Positions 36,200-44,981 of a DNA stretch of 44,981 bases are shown here, in pieces. Every line of letters starts with the position of its first letter. Positions within the stretch are counted from its first letter, which is position 1. Origin of the DNA: Octopus bimaculoides (Eukaryota); assembly GCF_001194135.2 (NCBI RefSeq), contig NC_068984.1, forward strand, positions 135,244,654 to 135,289,634. Reading direction: 5' to 3'. Below the pieces are notes generated by a model that was given only the letters and a program-made list of their open reading frames with translations, ran no database searches and was not told where the DNA came from. A program made the position numbers and the translations under genes.

Positions 36200-37030
36200 A
36201 ACAATATCAGCTCTTGGATAGAGATCCCAGTTCGATGTTGATAGTTCACCGTTTTATTTTTCCTGTCTAATCACTTCAATTCACTTAACTTCCTATTTAT
36301 TATGTTGCCGATTTAACTGAACTGGTTAGTATATATATACATACATATTATCATAAGCACATTGCTAGAAATAAATTAATACCTATTTATTTCTAGCATT
36401 AACTTTCAATATGTCTGCCTACTCTGGCGCGTTTTTTAAAACATCTCAGTTCATATTTGTGTGACGTGACTTATCTATTTCAACCATTCCTAAAAATGAG
36501 TTGGTTCTTGATTATTTCCTCGACTTTTGTTGTATTATATCTAATTGTATGCTGCTGTTATTTTTTTCCGCACGATAGATACGATACATTTCCCTAATTA
36601 ATCACATAATTTCAGATATGTCTGTATTTGTGAAATCTTTAATAGAAACTATTTAGATGACTTATAGTTTGTCCACATCAGCTCTGATAACCATTGGTGG
36701 TTTCACTAAAGAATTCTTAATGTAGCCAGAGCCAAAAGCGTATGTAAAATCTTGAGGTAATGCAGAATATTACTTATGAATATACGCTGCCTTTTGTTAT
36801 CAACCGCTTGCTTTCTGTGAGATATATGTTTTCCGATTTTTCATGAAGTTTGTGATGTGCTTCATTAATATTTAGAGTGATTTAGCTCTGCAGAATGCTT
36901 CTAGCATCTAAGACTATGGTATCATACCAACTGTTGCTCGGTAATCACTTTAAGACATGATAAATTTTGTTTCAATGTTTTCTGCTGTCCTCCATAACAT
37001 TCTATTTCATCATTCTTTTCTATGCTACGG
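36200..37030 (-). mobile_element. Very ancient R4/Dong-like RT/thumb remnant
   Basis: Minus-strand fragments in the expected order: NDEIECYGGQQKTLKQNLSCLKVITE (cf. MDDLKLYAK.E.QL..LL..V..FSE), HHKLHEKIGK, FTYAFG (cf. LRYSFG), RADVDKL*V (cf. KADVDRLYV). Similarity is weak and judged by eye. Confidence 0.45.
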
Positions 37031-37879
37031 TAATTTGCAACATTAAACGCAATTCATATTAAAACACCTTCAATGGCTCCGAAACAATGCTACAACGTAT
37101 TACTCCCACAGACTCGGGAAAAAATAGTACTAAGAGAACAACCACAAGAAACAAGAAACATCATAGATAAATTCATTAGTTTCAGTTTTATCTCAAGTTG
37201 AGTGCATTGAATCACACAACTTGTGATAAATGCAGGGAAATAGCAACTGTTGCGTTTCGAGTCGTTTAACTGAGACTGGTTACCCTGTTAATAGCATAGA
37301 TGTTGGGTTGCCCCTTAATTTATGGTGGCATATTCGTTGCCTGCATGGTCCACTATAAGCTACATTTAATGAAGGAGATAGGTTTTTATCGTTTCACTTT
37401 CAAGTTCATCAATATTTAGCAGCAGAGCCTATACTGCAAGTTATATATTTCGAGCGCAGGTACCAGCGTATTTGATGCAATAATCCAATAAATTTCAATT
37501 AACTAAATCTATACCCATAGCATTGAGGATAATCAATATGGATATTAGTAACATGGAAAAGATAGAGTAGACAACCCAGAAAGATTAATTAATTAGAATA
37601 TAGAATGGAATGTAGTGCAGAGGGTGTTTGATCTTTAAAAGTACCCTGATTGCTGTAGCTATGTTTCTATAGGCCTCATCTACGAACTTTAGTTCACACT
37701 GGTCAGAAAAATATACTGGTCATGTGGGTACGATATCAAGAGGAAAGGGTATGGAGTAAGTACAGTTCCGGTTGTGTGCATTGTAGCTATTCGTTTTACC
37801 AGTTGCATGCGAAAGCTAAATCGGAGATTGAGGGTGATTCATTCAATTGCTTACTATTCTCCTTATAATCTTTAGTATT

Positions 37880-38392
37880 ACCGACATAACAACTGCCGTT
37901 GCCACCACGAATACCACCACCACCACCATCACCATCATCATCATCATCATCATCATCATCCTTATCATCATCATCATCATAATCATCATCATCACCATCA
38001 CCATCATTATCCCCCTCGTCCTCCTCCCCGTCCTCCTCCCCGTCCTNNNNNNNNNNNNNNNNNNNNNNNNNNNNNNNNNNNNNNNNNNNNNNNNNNNNNN
38101 NNNNNNNNNNNNNNNNNNNNNNNNNNNNNNNNNNNNNNNNNNNNNNNNNNNNNNNNNNNNNNNNNNNNNNNNNNNNNNNNNNNNNNNNNNNNNNNNNNNN
38201 NNNNNNNNNNNNNNNNNNNNNNNNNNNNNNNNNNNNNNNNNNNNNNNNNNNNNNNNNNNNNNNNNNNNNNNNNNNNNNNNNNNNNNNNNNNNNNNNNNNN
38301 NNNNNNNNNNNNNNNNNNNNNNNNNNNNNNNNNNNNNNNNNNNNNNNNNNNNNNNNNNNNNNNTCATCACCACCACCACCGCCACCAGCGCC

Positions 38393-38443
<51 letters not shown>

Positions 38444-38549
38444 GTCATCATCATCGACATCATCATCACCATCATCATCATCTGTAAGTAGCGTCATCAT
38501 CAGCAGCAGGAGTAACATCAGCCTCCACGCAATCATGTCACATGAATCT

Positions 38550-38598
<49 letters not shown>

Positions 38599-38869
38599 TC
38601 GCCTCCATCCATCACTATCGATGGTATCGTTTCCCCTTCACAATAATCGTGTGATTTATTAGAATTATCAACTTCATAACTCTTATCTTGTTTTCTAACA
38701 CCGATGACCTCAACCACGACTACCGTCCCCAGCCAGTGAACACCTTACAACTATTAATGCCATCGCGATTAACCTGATAGACACTATCATTTTCTTTACA
38801 CCATAAATATCACGATCTTGATCACCATCATCAGCATCATCATCATCATCATCATCATCGTCAGCGTTG

Positions 38870-38901
<32 letters not shown>

Positions 38902-39469
38902 GTCATCATCATCATCATCGTCGTCATCGTCGTCGTCGTCGTCGTCATCATTAAATTAACATAGATATCACCACGTTGTCATCATCATCATCATCATCAT
39001 CATCAACATCGTCGTCGTCGTCNNNNNNNNNNNNNNNNNNNNNNNNNNNNNNNNNNNNNNNNNNNNNNNNNNNNNNNNNNNNNNNNNNNNNNNNNNNNNN
39101 NNNNNNNNNNNNNNNNNNNNNNNNNNNNNNNNNNNNNNNNNNNNNNNNNNNNNNNNNNNNNNNNNNNNNNNNNNNNNNNNNNNNNNNNNNNNNNNNNNNN
39201 NNNNNNNNNNNNNNNNNNNNNNNNNNNNNNNNNNNNNNNNNNNNNNNNNNNNNNNNNNNNNNNNNNNNNNNNNNNNNNNNNNNNNNNNNNNNNNNNNNNN
39301 NNNNNNNNNNNNNNNNNNNNNNNNNNNNNNNNNNNNNNNNNNNNNNNNNNNNNNNNNNNNNNNNNNNNNNNNNNNNNNNNNNNNNNNNNNNNNNNNNNNN
39401 NNNNNNNNNNNNNNNNNNNNNNNNNNNNNNNNNNNNNNNNNNNNNNNNNNNNNNNNNNNNNNNNNNNNN

Positions 39470-39507
<38 letters not shown>

Positions 39508-39589
39508 GTCGTCGTCGTCGTCGTCAGCGTTGTCATCATCATCAGCGTTGTCATCATATTCATCATCATCATCATCATCGTCATCATCG

Positions 39590-39635
<46 letters not shown>

Positions 39636-39680
39636 TATCATCATCATCATCGTCGTCGTCGTCGTAGTCGTCGTTATCAT
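37880..39680. repeat. Large compound trinucleotide field: (CAC)/(CAT)/(CTC)/(CGT)/(CAG), with two N-gaps
   Basis: Read directly. Source of the poly-D/H/I/M/S/T ORFs in the track. Confidence 0.97.
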
Positions 39681-40586
39681 TAAATTAACATAGATACCAC
39701 CACGCAGCTAAAGAGAAGAAGTTAAAAACATTTCATACAAAGATCGATGCTGTTTACATTGGGATGTGTGCCAAGAAATCATAATCCAACTAAATGCCGT
39801 CCGGTACGAAACCATCACTGAATAATAACGGATGAAATATATGAGGCCCAAAACGCCGTAATCCTGTCATTATAGATAAGTTATTACTAAGTACAGAAAA
39901 ATACCAGTTCATTGTTTGTTATTATGCACATAGTTGCCTGAATTTTGCCCAATAACTATATAAGATAATTGGGAGATATGAAATGTCTTAGGCAGAGACA
40001 TCATCGGTTAAATACGTGTGATAACAATAATAGATTTATCGGTAACGTAATCTTCAGGAAGCAACGTCATGAAATAAAGTAAATGTGATAACAATGTTAG
40101 ATTATTAATAAGATAATCTTCATGTTATTGAAATGTGTCTGATGATGTATCAGTAAACATATTCCATCAATCATAGACAACTAAAAAAATATTAATAAAA
40201 TAGAATTATTTTGCTGGGCCATTTGACAATTAGTACAGTACTTGGTAATAAGCGGGAGCAAATAGTGTTAAATGTGTAAATCGTTTCTCTAAGAACTAAA
40301 GAACACAGTTTTAAGTTCGTGGAATCGTGTTCGACTAAAGTGAGCTTCATAGTAATAAGAAAATGCAGCGAGAAATATATGGCAGAATGTTTGTAATGAA
40401 CAATCTATAATATCCGATGCTGAAGTCATTAGACACTAAAGCCTACATCCTAGATGTCACTGTTATCACTTTTGGTTCACTATTCGAGACAATCCATTAA
40501 GACATCCTGGTACTCCTTGTTAGATCGCTGTTTCCGTTCAGTATTCTTTTCATGACAGTTAGATAGATAAGCTGATAGCCATAAAG

Positions 40587-40656
<70 letters not shown>

Positions 40657-40702
40657 CTATCCTGAACAGGATAAACTACCCCTATTTTGCAGAAAAAATG
40701 TA

Positions 40703-40782
40703 GGTGATTAACTGTCGGACCCGAACTCACATCTCCGTGATTACGCGTCACAATGCTCCCACCGTTTGAGCTAAACTCCCCC
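40703..40782 (-). pseudogene. tRNA-Thr(CGT)-like pseudogene or tRNA-derived SINE head
   Basis: Reverse complement GGGGAGTTTAGCTCAAACGGTGGGAGCATTGTGACGCGTAATCACGGAGATGTGAGTTCGGGTCCGACAGTTAATCACC. D stem GCTC/GAGC; anticodon stem TGTGA/TCACG with 7-nt loop CGCGTAA (CGT central; U33 is G); B box GTTCGGGTC. Acceptor and T stems are broken. Confidence 0.6.
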
Positions 40783-40971
40783 ACTACAGATTCCTCTGCA
40801 AATTTTAGATGTATATAAATCTCGCTTTATGAGACGCTATCATATGTTAAATTCAAATTACGATGAACGTAAACAAACAAACGAAGTTTACTTTTAGAAG
40901 CGTTGAGATGTCTTGGAAAGTTAAAGAAGTGATTTTAAATTCTCAATCGCAGGATAATGCTAATAATATAG

Positions 40972-41064
40972 CCTGAACAGCACAAACTACCTCTATTTTG
41001 CATAAAAAAAGTGTAAGTGGTTAGCTGTTAGACTCGAACTCACATCTCCGTGATTACGCGTCAC
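40972..41064 (-). repeat. Partial second copy of 40661-40751 (3' half of the tRNA-like sequence plus downstream flank)
   Basis: CCTGAACAG..AAACTACC.CTATTTTGCA.AAAAAA..GAACTCACATCTCCGTGATTACGCGTCAC, with a 29-bp identical core. Confidence 0.9.
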
Positions 41065-41537
41065 TTCTTTAACTTCCCACGTTATATCTGCTGACAATAT
41101 TTCTTTACCAAGCATATATATATTTATATATNNNNNNNNNNNNNNNNNNNNNNNNNNNNNNNNNNNNNNNNNNNNNNNNNNNNNNNNNNNNNNNNNNNNN
41201 NNNNNNNNNNNNNNNNNNNNNNNNNNNNNNNNNNNNNNNNNNNNNNNNNNNNNNNNNNNNNNNNNNNNNNNNNNNNNNNNNNNNNNNNNNNNNNNNNNNN
41301 NNNNNNNNNNNNNNNNNNNNNNNNNNNNNNNNNNNNNNNNNNNNNNNNNNNNNNNNNNNNNNNNNNNNNNNNNNNNNNNNNNNNNNNNNNNNNNNNNNNN
41401 NNNNNNNNNNNNNNNNNNNNNNNNNNNNNNNNNNNNNNNNNNNNNNNNNNNNTATATATATATACATAAATACACACATATATACATATATATGCATACA
41501 TAAATACACACACACACATAAATATATATATATATGT

Positions 41538-41615
41538 TATCCAGCTCATTTCTACATTTGAGAGAACTGGGTCAACTTGAAATAAAGCGTCTTATGTGAA
41601 AACTTAGGCAATTTG
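41538..41615 (-). mobile_element. SINE family C fragment
   Basis: CTCATTTCTACATTTGAGAGAACTGGGTCAACTTGAAATAAAGCGTCTT resembles 20380-20430 and 10257-10305. Confidence 0.5.
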
Positions 41616-41737
41616 TACTAAAACAAGGTGGGAAAACAACTCATGGGGCCTTTTCCCTGTTACCATCTGATGTTTTCCAGATGTCGAGTGAATAGATCTC
41701 TGGAGTTATTGACTAAGCTAATTGTTAATATTAGGAT

Positions 41738-41885
41738 GCCCTTTCAAATACTGACAGAGTCGACTTTGCCATTATCATTTTGAGATTCATAAAATAAGTA
41801 CAAATTGAACACTGAAGTTGATGTAATCGACGTATGGACACCCTCAAAATTGCTGTCCTTGTGCCAGAATTTGAAATCAATATTA
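41738..41885 (+). mobile_element. SINE family B 3' fragment
   Basis: TTCAAAT..GAGTCGACTTTGCCATTATCATTTTGAGATTCATAAAATAAGTAC..GATGTAATCGAC..CAAAATTGCTGTCCTTGTGCCAGAATTTGAAATCAATATT. Confidence 0.78.
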
Positions 41886-42124
41886 AAACACTCTTCGAAA
41901 CCTGGATACTAGATCTTCGTAAACCTATTCTCTAAACGGGGCGGATCACAACCTGGTAATTGTTCGCAGCTGTCATATTTTGTGTCACTGCCTGAGTTGG
42001 AGCTTGCATGTTCAAGTTAAATGAAGTGACTCAAAATCAAGCAAATTGAACAATGCTTCTACAATGCTTTAGACAACTAATAATTGGACTCCTATTGTAA
42101 TAATGGAAGTTATGTCTTCTGAAG

Positions 42125-42451
42125 CGTGGAGGCGCAATGGCCTAGTGGTTAGGGCTGTGGACTCACGATCGGAGGATCGCGGTTTCGATTCCCGGACCGG
42201 GCGCTGTGTGTATTTATTGAGCGAAAACACCTACAAGCTCAACGAGGCTCCGGTAGGTGGTGGTGGTGACCCCTGTTGTACTCTTTCGCCCCAACTTTCT
42301 CTCACTCTTTCCTCCTGTTTTTTTTAGTAGCGCTGCGATGGACTGGCGTTCCGTCCAGCTGGGGAAAAACTCATACGCCATAGAAACCGGGAACCGGGCC
42401 CATGAGCCTGGATAGGCTTTAAAAGGGCGCATAAATGAATAAAAAAAAATA
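42125..42451 (+). mobile_element. Full-length tRNA-derived SINE, family D, with 13-bp target-site duplication
   Basis: TSD ATGTCTTCTGAAG at 42112-42124 and 42452-42464; A box TGGCCTAGTGG; B box GGTTTCGATTCC; 3' module GCTGCGATGGACTGGCGTTCCGTCCAG..GAAACCGGGAACCGGGCCC; A-rich tail. Confidence 0.96.
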
Positions 42452-43741
42452 ATGTCTTCTGAAGTAATTTTTTTCTCTTATCATTCGTATAATTTAGGCA
42501 GATTATTCATGTTCACAGACAAAATGAAATATATGCTTCACAGTGGTTCATGTTACGTAACTAAATACGTTTCAAAGTTCTAACGGTGCTGATCGAACCG
42601 TAAAATAAGAGGTTAGCATATTTCTGAGCGGAACAATACTATTTTTAGCAAATGCATAATTTGGAATTATTTCCTTCAACTCTCAGGTATGACTTGTAAC
42701 GCTAAATCGAACGAAATTCCAACTTTCAGCGCTGGAAGAAATGAATAAAATAAAATAAAATAAAACAAACGATATAAATCATTTCAACTTCGGCTATGTA
42801 GTTTCTGCCTAATCATTGTCTATTTGCTATGAATAATAATCAGCGTAAACTTCTCCCAAGAAACCAGTTTCACAGTCACCTAAACTTCTTCCACCAGCAT
42901 ATTATCTAGATATTAAAACAAAACCATAATCGATTTACCGTTTTAATATGTTAATCGAATATTATGCTGATGACAATGCTAATTATTTTGATATTCGTTA
43001 GCTGAATATAAATTTATTTTAGATAACGATAATTATATTAATGATTATAGAATTGTGTAGCAACAAGTGCATCGTGATTTCTATTATTATTTCGATAGCA
43101 AGAACACTGATAAGAATGATCCAGATAATTGCCACTAGAAAAACTGACCGTTATACTTGCTATCACAATATGCCTATCAATAAACAGGTTACCAAATAGA
43201 AGGGGATATTATACTTTCCTCATAAATCAAAGACTTTAAATATGGAGGTGAAATATTATAGACTCAACATTACAAACATAAAATATTCTGAGAGATCAAC
43301 TAAGTAAAGAGTGACAAGTAAAAAATAAATAAATACATAAATAAAATCTCATTCCTATGTTAATAATCTGCCGGATGACACGAAGACCAAGATAAAGAAT
43401 CAAAAGTCAACGGCATATATGAAATAGAATTAATATAAAATATTCTACTCAAAATAAAGAAATAATTTGATTAGCCAATAAAGTAATTCGATATAGCTCA
43501 CAAGGTATAGTCAGAAACTTCTATATATACCAAATAAATCACGGATATCTAGATAATAATAATTGTAAACGAGAAGAGATTGTATCAGGAAAGAGGAAAC
43601 ATGATAGTGTAAAATGATAAATATTCCTCGGTGAAAATAATGAACGTATCAATGAATAATATACATACATACATACATACATGCATACATACATACATAC
43701 GTACGTACATACATATACAAACATTTACATATACATACATG

Positions 43742-43781
<40 letters not shown>

Positions 43782-44061
43782 NNNNNNNNNNNNNNNNNNN
43801 NNNNNNNNNNNNNNNNNNNNNNNNNNNNNNNNNNNNNNNNNNNNNNNNNNNNNNNNNNNNNNNNNNNNNNNNNNNNNNNNNNNNNNNNNNNNNNNNNNNN
43901 NNNNNNNNNNNNNNNNNNNNNNNNNNNNNNNNNNNNNNNNNNNNNNNNNNNNNNNNNNNNNNNNNNNNNNNNNNNNNNNNNNNNNNNNNNNNNNNNNNNN
44001 NNNNNNNNNNNNNNNNNNNNNNNNNNNNNNNNNNNNNNNNNNNNNNNNNNNNNNNNNNNNN

Positions 44062-44103
<42 letters not shown>

Positions 44104-44547
44104 CCGGACGGCCTAATTGATACACTTCCTGGCAATAAATATTACAAATTTATTAAATATGCCTGTGATGGAATTTAATTAATATTTCTTAGGTATATGT
44201 AAGCCGTATTTATTTTTCTTTATATGACATTCTTAGTCACTAGATGATCCGATGTCCGGAATTGTTTGATATTCTTAAATGTGTGTGATATGGTAAATGG
44301 AAAGTGGTTACACGCTTGCCGTTGTAACTTTGTGTTTGTTCTTGATGCATGTAATGTACGTAACACGAATTAAAATATACTAAGCATATAGTACTGAATC
44401 TGAGATACAATCTCTGGGGTATTATATTCCGAGAATGAATATCTAGGTAGCATGTTTTCTGCATATCCTACCGCACAAAACACCCTCCCCAACAATTATG
44501 AGATAAACCTGTTCTATATGAATACATATATAGGCTCACACAGGTAG

Positions 44548-44591
<44 letters not shown>

Positions 44592-44884
44592 TTGTGAGTG
44601 TGTGTGTATATATATATATGCATATAAAACAGGTTTATCGCATAATTAGTGACTATAAGGAAAAACGGAATATCAATGGAGAGAATATGAATCCAAATAA
44701 AACCTAAGGGGTAAAACGTATATGTATGGCTAAGTGAGTAGGAGATGCAGAAATGCAAAAACAAAAAGAAAGGAAGAAAGAAAAGGGATGCGGAGAAATA
44801 ATCAATAAGGTTCGAACATATTAAGATATATAGAAAGGTGACATATAGAGAGTAACATTCTACATACATACATACATACACACG

Positions 44885-44929
<45 letters not shown>

Positions 44930-44981
44930 ATGTGTGTGTGTGTGTGTGTGTCTGTCTATATATATATATATATATATATAT

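Noticed and set aside
34990-36249. ORFs of 370-400 aa, and similar ORFs at 1156, 6422, 11200, 37796, 38976, 40993 and 43631
   Set aside because: They consist of N-gaps and microsatellite translations.
42125-42205. tRNA gene call for SINE heads (also 4650-4732, 11814-11890, 22698-22770)
   Set aside because: A/B boxes are present, but the acceptor stems do not pair and the heads continue into SINE bodies.

Overview
AT-rich, repeat-dense animal genomic DNA with no convincing long protein-coding gene. There are no prokaryotic features, no CRISPR array and no rRNA. The SINE families and the (TA)n/(TATG)n/(AAT)n/(CAT)n microsatellite load resemble those I recall from octopod cephalopods, probably an Octopus draft assembly; this assignment is an inference. 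The window has 13 N-gaps (about 3.57 kb), most of them abutting microsatellites. Almost all ORFs in the supplied track are spurious: microsatellites, N-runs or SINE read-through. Supported content: (i) two decayed, near-full-length mariner (Tc1/mariner, D,D34D-type) transposons of different subfamilies at 6952-8210 and 16816-18082; (ii) several age classes of R4/Dong-like RLE-type non-LTR retrotransposon remains, namely an ancient ~2.5 kb copy at ~1850-4350, a very old one at ~36200-37030, and young 5'-truncated copies ending in (TAA)n at 5621-6193 and 27213-28078; (iii) about 20 copies of four tRNA-derived SINE types, one with a clean 13-bp TSD; (iv) a ~740-bp fold-back palindrome built from a LINE 3' end plus a SINE tail; (v) a duplicated tRNA-Thr(CGT)-like sequence; (vi) a speculative set of small plus-strand exons. 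I found no well-supported novel biological system. The best leads are the fold-back palindrome, the SINE-tail/LINE-target relationship, SINE module swapping and the candidate micro-exons.
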